Shown: in pieces, positions 20,801 to 35,800 of the stretch
How the letters are laid out: each line of letters opens with the position of its first letter
Position numbering within the stretch: position 1 is the first letter of the stretch
Assembly: GCA_963667255.1 (NCBI GenBank)
Contig: OY762940.1
Coordinates: 480,001-544,000 of the forward strand
DNA from: Candidatus Cloacimonadota bacterium
Lineage (GTDB): Bacteria; Cloacimonadota; Cloacimonadia; G963667145
Direction: 5' to 3'
Length of the DNA stretch: 64,000 nucleotides
Made by a program: the position numbers and the translations under genes
The notes under the pieces: model-generated
What the model saw: the letters and a program-made list of their open reading frames with translations, nothing else
Databases searched by the model: none
What the model was told of the DNA's origin: nothing

Positions 20801-23800
20801 AACAATCAAACTTATTTTTATGATACAACTGGAGTTGAAGAAGGCGTAAGTTTCACATATACTGTCACAGCCAAACATCCCAAATATCTCAACTCCGCTG
20901 CGAGTAGCTCTGCCATCGGATATGCCAAATTGATAGCTCCTGTCTTGATGGGAGTGACTGCCGGTGGTGACTCTATAACAGTTAAGTGGGCATACTCCAT
21001 GAGTAAATTGTCCAGTATAGATAGCTTCTACCTATATAGAAAAGAGTCTTATAGTGGAGCGGAAGGAACACCTATCGGCAGAATACAGGTTAATACGAGC
21101 AAAACTACTTATTCATATTCGGATAAGAATTGTGAGTTAGGTAAAGACTATTATTATTATCTTAGAGCCTATAAATCAGGACTGAAGCTTTCAGATACTT
21201 CAAAGGTTGGCGTTGCAGCTTTAGATTTGATAGCTCCGTCGATGTATTCGGTAAGTAGAGGTGCACATACAAACAAAATAGTAGTGGAATGGACAGGAAC
21301 ACAGTATTCGGAACAGTATGTCCTTTTCAGATCAACAAGTGCTACATTCGGCACTAAAGACACGATAGACACGGTAGCTTCTTTGCCCACAATTTATACT
21401 GATGACAATAAAGGAAGAGGATTAACAGATGGCACGGTTTATTATTATAAAGTTGTAGCTAAAAGAGGTAACCATCTTTCCAGTGAAAGTGGATATATGG
21501 GAGGTTATACAAAATTATTGAAGCCGAGTATAGACTCTCTTTCTCAAAATCAGGAGAAAGTATATCTTAAATGGAATAAGAATGGAGGTAATTCATCTTC
21601 TGCTCGTGTTATGGTAGGGGAAGATGTTCAAGTTGCTACCATTAAAGACAGTGCTTCTTTGTTGGTGGATTCTACAACTGATCTTGTAGGATATTTTTCA
21701 AATAGCAATGCTTGGTTTGTAAAAGGTAAAGAGTATTATGCTAAAGTAAAGACTTACACCAGAGAAACCAGGGTGATGAAGTCAGGAGGGTCTTCGGAAA
21801 CGATAGAAATTGTTTCCGACTACTCCGAAGTGAAAAAATTCTTTACGAATATTTCTACCCCGAGCCTCACCGTTACCAGTGGCAAGTTGGATACTTTGTT
21901 GATACAATGGAATAGAATAGATGCCGATGTGGTAAGTGACATAACAGTGCAATGGACGGAAAAGGGGTTTGGTAGCTCTACGGATACGATGACGACAAAC
22001 ATTGTAAACAATGGAAACGATTCCATAGGAAATATCAAGGTAGCTTACAGCGGAGAAGCAACTCTGCAACCTGGAGTAAAATACACTTTCAGGATTATGT
22101 TTAAGAGAGGGGCTATTACTTCTGCGTGGAGTGATGAGAAAAAGGGTTGGACTAAACTTCCTGCTCCTACAAACTTTAGTGCCTCTAAGGGTGACTACGA
22201 CGATTCTATCCGCTTCACATGGAACAATTACCGAGAAAATACAGACACTTTAAAAGATAATACCTATCAATATGTGATTTACTATTATGATGGAAGCAAT
22301 TATCAGGCGATGACAGGTGGAACAATAACAGACAAGAAGAAATTCTATGGCATTACTTTGCCAATGGATGGGATTGTTACCAGAGGAGTGATGACCAAGT
22401 TCCGAATTAAAGGAGAAACAAATCCTGCTTTAGAGATTTCTTCTCAAAGCACAAATTTGAGCTCTGACTCCGGTCACACAAGGTTGATGATACCCATCAG
22501 TGGTGGAACAGCGACAGATGATTTAGAGAATCAAATTAAAATAAGCTGGAACGCTCTCATAAGTTCTGCGAGCGATATAAGTGCTTATAAAAATCTAAAA
22601 GTAGTATATCAGTTAGAGAGAAGAAAGTCTGGCGACGCTTTCATGGGCAACACTCTTGCCAGCATAGATTCGTTACAACAAGAATCTTATACCGATACCA
22701 AGAGTTTGGACCCTCGCTATGTTTATTATTACAGGGTTAGATTTTACAGTGAAGTCTATTTTGATAGATACAGTAACAGTTCAAAATCCTCTTCTCCATG
22801 GTATGTAATCGCAGATAGTGGTAGCATTGCGATTAATCCTCCTACCATTAAAGCTCACGAAGATGGGGCTTTCTATACAGACAGAGTAGAACTTGATGTC
22901 CAAAGGTCTGTAGGTTCAGACAGTGCATATTTATATAGAGAGGAAAACTCAAGTGGAACATTTACTCTTATAGATACGATTGTCTTTAGCGATGGTGTGA
23001 CAGGGCAAGGTGCATATTTGTATTATAAAGATAGTTTGAGAATTGTTCCGGGCAGTTGCTATTCTTACTACGCCATTGCTCTTAATGGGGCAAGGAAGTC
23101 CGATAAGGGAGCGGAATTCAAATCTTATACAAAATTGAAAGCTCCTGCATCTCTCAGTGTGAGTGATGGATTATATGACGACAGAGTTATTGCTAAATGG
23201 GATACAGTCTCCAGAGCGGAAGGGTATTGTATTTGGGTTTATAAAGAGGGTAATGAGACTACAGTAGTGGATTCTGTAGAGATTGGTAATCAAGATAGCA
23301 CGATAAATTTAGTTAAAGGAACTATTCTTAAGAATATCGTTATAGGTCAAATTTATACATTCAAAATAGGTGCATGGAACAATACTGCAATATACAATAG
23401 CCGTAAGATTTATTCGGATAAAACTTCTGATGACGGATATTTGAGATTTACTCTTCCAAGTTATGTCACTTTGTCCCAAGATTCTACGGATTTTGTAAAA
23501 CTTCAAATCGGGTATACGTCATCTGGTTTTTCTCTTTATGTATTTAGAAGCGCAGATTCTTCTGTAGTCAAAGGGACTCAAAGCAATTGGGGAGAATACA
23601 AAAAAATATCCGTAAGCACTGATTATGATTCAACCAAGAACGAGTATATCTGCAAAGATGTTTTATCCTCTACATCGGGAATTGCTGGTGTCAGATATGC
23701 ATATATGGTTCAGATTTATAAATCAGGAATGGTAAAAGCTATTTCCGATACATTTAAAACATATTTAAAAAATGAAACAGGGAAGAAGTATGGATGGGGC

Positions 23801-26800
23801 AAAGCAGGTGTTTATGATGGGACTGATGGGGCTATTGAGGCATCACAAGGAATTTCTGAGGACTCTATTGTAGTTACTTGGTCGCACCCGAGTGAAAGGA
23901 AATATGTAAATTCTGTAAGATATGAGTGGGTTGAGTATGATGTTTCTACAGGGTTGGCTCAAGATTCTGCTGTAGTTTCCGATACATTTGTTATAAGATC
24001 TGCTCAATCTAAAGATGTTGGTCAACCAGTTAAAAACGGATATAAGTACAAGTATAGAATTAGGAAAAAGTTTTATGATGAGAATGGAGCATTATATACG
24101 ACATCTGGCTTGTCGATAAATTCTGGAACTGGTTGGGCAAATTTGGAGAAACCTTCTATTAAGCTTACTGTAACGAGCGATGGAGATTTTGTTATTTCTC
24201 AACAAAAAAATAACAATATTAATGCTTTCAGAGTTTATAAAAATATTAATGGTGGCGAGAACTCATCAGAAATAGAAGTAGCTGCCGGTGGTTATTATAT
24301 CGATTCCGTAATTTATAATAAGTATAACATTGGTAAAAAGGTAAAGTATACCATCAGAACAATTAATAAGACCTTTGATTTGGAATCAGCTCTTTCCGAC
24401 CCTGTTGATACTTTCTATATGTTGTATAGCCCAAAATATGTGAAAGCTTCTCAAAGTGATTATACAGACAAAATAGTATTAAAATGGCATTGGGGAACAG
24501 CAAGGACTGCTTTGGTCGATAGTTTTGTTGTGGATAGATACAATCTCTCCACTGGAGCAAAGGAAAAGCAATACAAATTTAGTGGCAGCTATGATTCCAA
24601 ATTGAGTTATAGCGGAAGCGGAGTGATAGGCACGGATACATGTAGCTATGAAGACAACGCGGATATAAAGCAAGGTGTATCTTATTTATATAGTGTAAAA
24701 TCTCTAAGGGCAAATCCGAGTGGAATAAGAATCTCAACAGATAGTGGCTCTGGGACAGGACACGCTAAATTCTCTGCACCTACCAATGTAAGTGCAACAG
24801 ATAATAAGAGTGATGTAGTTTTGAAGTGGGATTCTATCAGAAATCAAGGGACAGTTACCAACTTCTTCATTTTCTATAGCCCTACTCAAAATGGGTCGTA
24901 TAGCAAGTTGACAAAAACAGGATCTGTTGCTAAGCCGAACGACACTACCTTTACGGATGATGAAATCCCTCAGGGAACTATTCGTTGGTATAAGGTAGCT
25001 GCTTTCAACAGTGTCAGCGATACCGGAGTTAAGTCTGTCGCAGTTAGAGGATATGCGTTGATGGATCCTATGGCCGGAGTAACATGCTGGAAAGGCGTAA
25101 ATGCCGATACCATAAAGGTTACTTGGACAAAATTGTCAGTATATCAAAGTTACTACATTGAGTGGAGCATTAGCAAAGAATTAGGCTCAGATGGTCGTTT
25201 TGTTAGTAGGTTAGGGAATGTTGGGGCTTATGAAAATAGCACTTATAGCAAAGATTCTCTTTTCATCCCTATTTCCGCAGACTCTCTCAGAGGCAGGAAA
25301 ATATACATTAAACTTTGGGCTCAAAATCAATATGGTGGCTCAGAACCTGTCTTGGACAGCGGATATACCAAACTTAAACCCCCTTCTAGTTTCTCTGTGA
25401 GCAAGGGAACAACATTAGATTCTATAAAAGTAAGTTTTTCTCCTCGGACAGGCACTAATGCGGCAAGCTACAATGTATATCTCTCCACTACTAAGAGCAA
25501 GTCAACATCAGCAAATGCAGAGATAGCCATTACAGGGTATAAGGGACATGATACCACTATTGCGGTGGAATCTAATAAGAAGGGACATTATTATTACGGG
25601 AGTGTTCAGGCTGTAAGCGGATTGGACAACGCTTCTTCGGAATTGTCAGTAGATAGTGGATACAGTCGCATACCTATAGTTGCCGGAATCTATTTGGACT
25701 CATTGACTTCGGGAGATATTGCAGTTAGTTGGACACCCGTTGCGATAGGTGGAGACAGTGTAAATTACAATATTTATCGCTCAGCAAATGATGGCAACTT
25801 TATACAAATAGCTTCCGGATACTATGCAACTCTAACCTCAGGGAAAATAAAATACACAGATAGTGAATGTATCCCGGGAGATAAATGCACATACTATTTG
25901 GTAAGCAAGGCATGGCAAAGACCCAATACCAATGCAAGAGAAGTTATTTTGTCTGACACCTCGGCACATGCATCGACTTATGCTCAAATAGGAATGGTAA
26001 GCAATTTTATGCAAGATTCTACGGCTTATTCTGATAGCAAAGTCAATCTTATGTGGAAGCAAAGGGGAGATATAGATACTTATTATATTTACAGAAGTTC
26101 TTTTGTTGATAGGGACAATGCTAAAGAGATAATAGTAGCGGTTACGGATGGTAATTACTACTATTCAGATGGCTCAGATTCTATCTCTACACAGAGCGGA
26201 ATGCTTTGGCATTATTGGATTAGAGCGAGGAAAAACAGCAACTTCGGAATATGGACTCCAAATACTACGGAAGGTTTGTTGGCATATACTAAGCCAAGAA
26301 AGACAACGATTGTAAGTGCAAGTCAGGGGGTTTCTTCCGACACGATCAGAGTGGTCTGGAATAAGATTAATTATGTAAGTAATTATGTTTTGCAATACAG
26401 AGTGGAAAATGCAGCTACATGGAGCAATATCACAGGAATAGAGGATACATTCTATACTTTGAGGAGAAGTGCTCAAAATCTGCAAGATGGCGTAAAATAT
26501 GATTTTAGAGTTTATTCTGTAATTAATATAGGTGCTCCGTCTCCTCGTGGAGGAAGCAATAGTTATTACGGGAAGAAAGTGGTTTCTGATACCAGTGAGA
26601 TTCTGAAAGGGTTTGTAAAATTTGAAAAGGTAAGCAATTTTTACTTCCAAAATTCTCCTGATAGTATAAAGAGTGATACAATAAAGCTTTACTGGAACAA
26701 AATTACAGCTTCGGGCATAATATATAGGATTTACAGAAATACAGCCAGTGATGCTACAACAGCTTCAGAAATTGTTGCACTAACAGATACTAATGTTTAT

Positions 26801-29800
26801 TACGATGTGAAAGGCTCCGGTGAAACGCATCCGCAAGGAGGTAAGAGATACTATTATTGGATTACAGCCGAAAAGAATTCTCTAAGTGGAACTAAGAGTG
26901 AGCAACAAGCTGTAACGATAATATCTGGCACTACTGTTGGGACTGAACATTTTGCTTGGTGCTTGCTGGATGCTCCCAAGAATGGATGGGCTTCTGGAAA
27001 GATGAAAGCGAATGGAGAAGACAACAATCCTGACCAGACATATAGCGACTCTATCGTAATAAAGTGGGAGAAAGTCCAAAACGCCACAGCTTATTGTATT
27101 CAACAGAAAAAAGATACTACAGGCACAATTTTTGGGAATATGACAGGAGCGACAAATATTACAGATACTCAATTCGTTTGGAATAGGTCCACGGACAATC
27201 AAAAAGGGTATAAGTATAAGTTTAGGGTTACTGCTAAGAACGATTTATGTGGAAGTTCTAATCCTGTTTATTCTACAGAATTTACCGGATTTGCAAAGTT
27301 GTCTGCACCCAGACAAGTGACAGCATTCCAAAAAGATAATCAAACGGGAATTTATCTCAGTTGGGCACACATTGAGGGAGCAACAAAATATATAGTTTAC
27401 CAAACGGAAAACTTATCTGCCGGCTTTAGCAAATTGTATGAAGTTTCCAATAAGGGTGGAGCGGTAGTTACTATAGACACTTCCGATTTGACGATGTATC
27501 CAGGGACGAGAAGATGGTATCTCATTAGAGCATTTAATTCTGCGACTGGTGGCTCTGACTCCTCTACGATTGTGGATACAGTTTGCCCTATTTTGCCTCC
27601 AGAATCTTTGTCTGCTACAAAAGGGACGAGCACAAGTGGCATTACTATAACTTGGGCGTTGAACGACAGAACAAAAGGAGTTGACGGATTTTATATTTAC
27701 CGTGTGTCTCCGGGGGCAGCCAGTGGAGCAGGATTTACGGTTTCCGATACTGTAGGCAAGGTAACCTCATTCAACCAATCCAATGGACAAGCCAGCTTCA
27801 CGGACCAATTGGGAGCCTCTGTGAAGGGAGGAACGGATACTACGAGAAGTGGTGTGAAATATTTGTATGCTATCAGAACCTACAAAGGTGATGTTTATTC
27901 CGACTATACTCCGGTAAGTAGTCGAGATACTGGCTGGATAGCGTTGCCGACGGTAACTGGGTTGACTGTTCCTGTGATAAAAGCAGGGGAAAGCTTTGCT
28001 CTTAAATGGAACGACAGCAAGAATATCTATAAAGATGTCAGTTATGTGTTTAAGAGGATTAAATACAAAAAAGGGAATTTTGATACTACATACCAATATC
28101 AGTATGATGGCGTTATAACGAGTGATACTTTTGCAATTGATAACAGCAATCTTGAGAATGGAATGGTTTATCAGTATTTTGTAAAAGCGTTCAATAGTTC
28201 ATATGTTAATTATAACACCGAGAGTGCGAAAGTTTGGGCTGAATCTGGGATCTCTTCTCACAGAGGTATGATTTCTACCAATTGGTCAGATGTCTCCTTT
28301 ACCGGTCGGAAGTTCGCAACTCCGACTATAAATGTCCTGAAAAATGGAGATTCTCTTAGAGTTGATTCTATCTATGTTAGATGGGCAGAAAATTCTAATG
28401 CAACGAGTTTCCTTTTCCAAATAGACACTATTTCAACCTTTGGCAGTCCTCTATTGGTAAATAAGGAAGTGGCTAATACTAACAGAACGATGGACAGTTT
28501 GTATTACACGCTAAATTCTGGATTGTATAAAACACAAGACTATTTCTTCAGGATGAAAATAAAGAATCAAGAGTACACGGACGCTATTTGGGATTCTTTA
28601 ACTTCCGAATGGTCAACTGCCGATAGTGGTTGGTCTAAATTAATTCCTCCGATGGGAATAAGTGCAAGTAGAACTATAACAGATTCTATCAGAGTGAGTT
28701 GGACAGGATGGAGTTGGAAAAATCCGGTAACCTATTTGGTAAAATATGTAGATGCAAATAGTCAACCTGGAGATGTCTCTACGGCAAAGGATTCAGTTCG
28801 TTATAGATCAGAATTCAGCAAAGGAGAGAATAGCATAACAGTAACTACCACAAATTCTAAATATGGAAATTCCAATCCTTCGGCAGTAGTGAAAGGGATA
28901 GGCAAGCAACCAGCTCCGCAATATGTTTCCGGTCAAAGACCAAGCCAAGGCACATATTTGGATAGTATTTGTTTTGAAATAGATGAAGCAAGCCAAAATA
29001 TAAGCAGTCAAGTAGTGAACTATAAAATCTATATTAGTGATGATAAAAACTCGGATGCGATTTCTTCCGATGACCCTGACAAGGGAGAGTTCATTACTTC
29101 TGATACGGATGTTGTCAGGTTGAAGTTGAACAAGGGATTTTATTCTAGTCAATATGGAACAAAACTTTACATTAGAGTTTCTTGGGCAGTGGGACAAGGT
29201 GCCACTATCTATAGTGAAAAGAGTGTAATAGATTCTGGCTGGACCAAACTGCAAGCTCCTACGAATTTACGCAAAAAGACTTTGGATTCTCCTCAAAACA
29301 CTTATGCCACGGGGATAATTTGGGCTTCCAGTGCTAACTCGGACAGCACTGTTATTTGGAGAAGATATCCGAACACAGTGGGAGACCAATATGTTGCTAT
29401 CGATACTGTCTCCAGTTCAGTTAACTACTATGTAGATAGCTTGCCGATAGCAAATAGGACTAAGACTTACCAATATGCAGTGCAAGCTGTGAATCAGTTG
29501 GATAATTCCGAATCTGCTCTTTCTACAGGCTTCTCAACCTTTGTTTCTTCTATTTACAATATTAGTAATTTTACAGCTACCAAGGGAACGAAGGCGGACA
29601 CTATCGTCTTCTCTTGGACAGGGAATTTGGATTCTACATTTGTAATCCAAGTGGATACTGTAAATCCTGTAAACTCTGTTAGTCCTAATGCGGCAATAAG
29701 AAATTTGAAAGCCAGTGATGGCAAAAAATGGCAACTATCCGACAATAATTGTCAAAGTGGTAGATGGTATTACTTCAAAATTTATTTGGAGGGTGATGAG

Positions 29801-32800
29801 AATATAGCTACAAATCCTACATATTTTGTTACCGACAGTGGATATGCGAAGATGGGCGAGATTAATCGTGCGTGGATTACGGTAAAGAACGATACGAGCT
29901 TGATTAGTTTGAACATAAAGGGTAGCAATGTAGGCGATTCCGCATATAGCGAATTTGATGCTTCGAGTGCCTTGAGCAATACTTGGATTTCCAAGGTGTA
30001 TCTGAAAAAATACAACATACAAACCGATCTTTACAGTAGCTTGGGAACTATGACATCAAGCTCATCAGTTTATCGTGATACTATAAGAAGTAATTTTGGT
30101 AGTATTTACAAATATAGATTGGAATTTGTAAACAGGATAGAACCGGGCAAAACTTTGGATTTCAGCACATTTACTACACTGAGGAAACCTTCTGCGGTTG
30201 AATGGAAACCGTCCACCTTGGCTACCAAGAACATCCAAATAGGAGTAACCAGTCCTGGGACAAATGGGACAATAGACTCTATTCTTTTGTATAGAGTTGC
30301 TCCCAATAAATTGAGCGAGAACGACACTATTATAGTTGCTTACCAAACAGGATTAAATCCAAATACTATTACAGACACTACAGGTTTGATACAAGGATTG
30401 TTCTATACTTACACAGCCGCTTATTACAATAGCACAACGGGACTCTCCAGAGTGAGCACATCTAAGACTAAGGCTTATGCCAAATTGGAAGCTCCACAGT
30501 TTATTTTCGTGGGGAATGGAGTTAGTAAAGACACGATTTCGTTGGTATGGAACAAGATAGATGGTGCTGTAAACGGATATTTCTTGTGTCGCGACACCTC
30601 TGTGGCAGGGGATTTTAGTTCTTACGACACTGTTTATATTGCATCTGATAGCAAGGATACTACATATCCGGATCTTACTGCTTATGAGCAATGTAAGAAA
30701 GTTTACTATAGAGTGGTAGCAAGAGGATATGACACTACTTCGGTTCTTACTGAGTGCAATGTAGGAGCGGGAAGCAGAGCATACAGAGGCGTGAATGATT
30801 TAGTGGGAATAAATATGCCACAAAAGACAGTCACAGCGTTCCAATTCACTATACCGAGTTCGGTTACTTTGGACGATACCTATGAGACTACTAATTTCAA
30901 AAAAGGCATCAAATTGATGCGCTATGACCTTGTGGACAGCATTAATAGTGTGGATAATAGATTTATAGTTCCGCCTGCCTCTGTGAATATAACTAGATTG
31001 AATAATACTTATACGATTAAAGATAATAGTGCTCCTAAATTGAAAAATCTTTATTTCTATAAAGTTATTTTGAAAGTTTCTGGCAGTGGTTCTGTGACAG
31101 ATCCGTCCAATATGGCAAAAGGTTGGTTGGCTCCGCCTGCAGTGGAGAGCGTAGTGGCTACTTCTGGCAAATTGGATACAGTGATAGTTACTTGGAACAA
31201 AATAGCTAAATCTACAATAGAGAATGACACGGTTAACTCTTATATTATCGCCAGATGTGGAAGTGATAAATCCTTGATAGAAAAGGTTGAGGTCAAAGGC
31301 TCTGATTCCTTATTCTACGATTATTCAGGAAATATTTTTAATAATGAATTCCAACCAGGCAAAGACTATAAGTATTATGTTTTGGCAAAAGTTACTATAA
31401 AAGAGGATACTGTAGCTACGACGGATGTTAAGAATTGTGAAATCACGATGACATCCGATACGAGCAATATTGCCAGTGGTTGGGCAGAGATGAAGCCTTT
31501 GGGCAATGCTAAAATAACAGTAGACACAGGCGATATAAGAGGTATTTCCAAAACTTATCCATCTGTCACCAAAACAGATACCACGCTGGTATTTAGCGTA
31601 GATATGAGTGCGAAAGAGTATCAAAAATATTCTATTGCTTACAGGAAATTGTATGGCTCAGCAAATCAGTTTGATAGTGTGGGATATATTGTAGGACAAA
31701 ATATAACTGTTTTCAGAGACACAATAACCAAGGCAGGTCAAATTTTGCACTACAGATTCAGATTGGGTAACGACCATCTGTCCGAAAATTATACCGATAC
31801 TTTGGCTTATACTAAATTGCGTCCTGCTGCAGCCATAGAGAAGTCAGCGACAGAGAAAAGCTATGTAAAAATCAAGGTTACTTTGCCTGCAAATAACGCC
31901 TCGGTTGATTCCATTTTGGTGCTCAAGAGCACTACAGCAGGTGTAGCTCAAGATACTATTATCTATGCCGGCACCAGTGCATCGTTTATTCTTTTGACTG
32001 ATTCTACAGGCGTGCAAGGTAAGAAATACATCTATAAAGCCGCTTTGTATAACAATTCTACGGGATACTCTCCATTTGGAGATGCTGTGGATACACTGGG
32101 TAAAGAGATTTCCGCTCCAACTATTTTGGATGTTTCCAAAGGAAGGTATGAAGACACTATCAAAATCACATGGAGTATGGTAGCAGGTGCTACTAGGGGA
32201 TATATGGTTCTCAGAGACTCTACAGGCAGTGATGGTAGCAACGATAATTCTTATGATACTCTCTATCAGACGGAAGAAAAACCGTTAGTTTCCTCTGAAA
32301 CAGACACTATATATAGTGATTACACAGTATATCCTGCCGGTAAGAAAATCTATTACAAGATAGTTTCGAAAGGTGCAGACAAAGTGTCTAGCAGGTCTTC
32401 TTCAGATTATGGATTCCTCAAGTATGGAGGAGTGAAAGATTTGAAGGTTATTGGATGGTCAGCAAACCCGAAAACAGACACAATGAAAATTACTTGGTCA
32501 ATACCGAGTGCTATAGCATGGGATTCTATCTATGTCTCAAGGCTTATGGATGTTGACTCTGCGAATATCTATGACACATTGGCAGCTCACAGGATACCAC
32601 AAGCAGAACTTGCATCTTACCTGACCAGTGCAACGAATGGAGATTATAAAAATTATACTTATGTTTCCACATCTACCGACTTATTGATAGGTCAACTCTA
32701 TTTCTATCGCGTTAGAGTGAAATCGTCAGGATTTTTGAGCACACCATCCAACATAGGAATAGGATACTTGAATATGCCCAAGGTCACAGGTGTAACAGCA

Positions 32801-35800
32801 ACAAAAGCTATAGGTGATAGCATAGTCATCAGTTGGACAAAGATATCCAGAGCAAAGAACGATTCTGTCGATTTCTACAGAGTCCATAGGTATGATGCTA
32901 TTGCCAACGAGACGAAAACCAAGGAAGTAAGTGGAGGAAAGAGTCAGCTTACAGATTATGCGATAAGTGAAAAATCTCCTTATTCTTCTACGGAAAAGGG
33001 TAAAAACTATTCATACTTTGTAGTTGGAGTTAAGAATATTTCACAAGATACTGTAGTCGGGTCCGTCAGTAGGAAATTTGTAACAACGCTAACGGGAGCA
33101 AACTCTGATACAGCTGTAGGATATTCTAATCCGGATACTGCCACCATAGTGAGTGTTAGCAAAGGGACTGTTGCAGACTCCATAACGATAAAATACTTGT
33201 CTCCAAATTATGTGGATAAGGTAGAACTTTATCGCAGAGGCTCCGGTGAGATTAGCTGGGGGAGCAGTGCTTATAGCACATTAGTTGCAGGTAAGGTTGT
33301 GGAAGAAGGCGAAAAGAACGACAGGAGTATTGAATATGGTAGGATTTATTATTATAAGATAGTTTCCACAAAGGGAGATTATTCTAATACCAGCCTGATA
33401 GATAGTGGATGGAGTTTATTGAAGAGCCCTGATAGCATTAAGATTCTTTACAACGGAGTATATTCTGACAAAATAAGACTCCAAGTGTTCTCTAGCAATA
33501 GTGATGCGTATGTAGATTCTTTGGTTATTATCAAATATGCAGCCACTTCCGGACAAAGAGACACAGTGAAGATTGCGAAAACAAGTATGAATAGTAATTC
33601 ATATGTGGTAGTGGACTCACACAATATTAATCAAGGAGTATTCTATCAATACCGTGTAGCCTTTAGCAACAGCCTGGGTGTTTCTGCTTATACCAAAGCT
33701 GCAAGTAGCAAAGCTTTTGCCAAGATGTCCGCTCCGACTTGGGTTAGCATTAGTCGCAATGAGTATGTAGACTCTATCAAACTTGTATGGAATAAGATTA
33801 ATAGTGCGTATAAGGGGTATAGAGTATATAGAGATAGTGTTCTCGGCTCGAACGGTGCAACGATTACAAATTATGCGAAAATCTTTGCAAATTCTGAGGT
33901 TGCCAATTGTAGTGGGGATACAGCTTATGCTGACAATTATACATATTCCCCGGGGCAAAGCATTTACTATACCATTCAAGCAGTAGGCTATGACACCGTA
34001 TCGGAAAGATCTGAGAGCAACTATGGAACATGTAAATATGAAGGGGTGAAAGATTTGCAATTTATCGGACCGAAATTAGATAGCATATATTTCAAATGGA
34101 CAGTTGCTACAACGGTGGCAGGACCGACTTTTACCTTCTACAAATACGATTCCATAGGAAGAACAGATAGCATTACGAATACATACAAGACAAATATTTC
34201 CTCATATGGAAGTAATGGAAATTATCATATCTCAGAGACACCTGCGAGCAGTAGCTTGTTAATAGGTAATTTGTATTTCTATCGTTGTGTAGTCACATCG
34301 AGTGGTGCTGTGAGCAATCCGAGCAATGTAGCTTTTGGATATCTTAGTATGCCAAAAATTTCGGGATTGGATGCTTCTGAGGGCGGTGAATATTTGACAC
34401 AAGGAGTATTCACGAATTACAAAGATAGCATCAAAATTACCTGGAAGAGAGTTTCTCATGTTGTTAACGATTCCGTAAGCTATTATATTATTACCAGATA
34501 TACTGATACTTCGAAAATTGCTCGCCAATATAAATTGGGTAATGGAAAAGATACATCCTTTACCGATATAGTGGGGACATCGTTCTTCGATGAACAAACA
34601 GAAAAAGGGCAGACATATCGTTATACTGTTCAAGCCGCATACACGATTAGTGAGGATACTACGAAAGAGTCTGGATATTCTCCTTTTATAACTGATCTTT
34701 TGTCTCCAGCTGGAGATACCGTTGTAGGATATACATATCCTGATAGTGTCAAGATGGTCAGTGCTTCCCAAGGGACATATGTAGACAGCATAAAAATCTC
34801 TTATACCAGTGGATTGTATGCTGATTCTATAGTGCTACAAAGAATGGGCTCAAACAACCTTTGGAGTAGAGTAGGACTTTTGAATACTATGGTTAGCAGG
34901 AATACAGCTGCTTCCTTTATGGATAAATCCGATGCTTTGGTCGCTGGTAAAACTTATAGCTATAGAGCTAAAGTTCACTTGAAAAATTTGGTTAGGATTA
35001 GTGATACAATCGTAGGTTATTCCAAAATAGGACCTCCGAAAAATGTGAGATTTGTCAGGAAGAGTCAATATGCGTATACAGAAGGCAAAGAAGACACCCT
35101 CGGAATAAATGTGATGTGGAGTCCCGAGAGTGACGGAGACGGGTATGTTGTCTATTTTGATACTGCCAGCACTGTGAGAGCCAATGGCTATGTCGATTCC
35201 TTGAAGTTAGATGGAACTTACGATACTACTTGTTTCTGGCAACCAAGAGAGTTCAGGAATTCACACGATTCCATTTTGAAATACTATTTTGCTGTGAAAA
35301 CATACATGAAACAAAATGACGGCACGAGGAAATATTCTGATTTCTCAGATCAGGCATCGGGAGCTGTGGTTAGTCAATCTGTAATGGGATTGGAAGCAGT
35401 ATACAATTCCACAGTAGGGATAAAGAAAATAAGTGTTGCTTGGGATAGTTTGCCGCTAAGATATAAAACAAGCGAAGTACAAAGGTATTGTATATATCAA
35501 GCCAAAAATTCCAAACTCGAGATTAATTTTAAACTGGTAGCTTCTCAAGAAACACAAGATGCCCGTAGCATAAATATAGATACAAGCAAAACACCGGTAG
35601 GTAGTATTTATTTTTACAAAGTAAGAGTTCAATATAACAATGCTAAAGACTCTTCAGTTTATTCACCTATGACCAGTGGAGTTTATCCGCCTTTAGGAAT
35701 CTTAAATTTGGAGGCTAGCAAAGATAGCTCTAGCCAATACTTGTGGTTTAATGTGATACCAGGGATAACCAGTTACAAAATCTATAGGGCAAGCGATACT

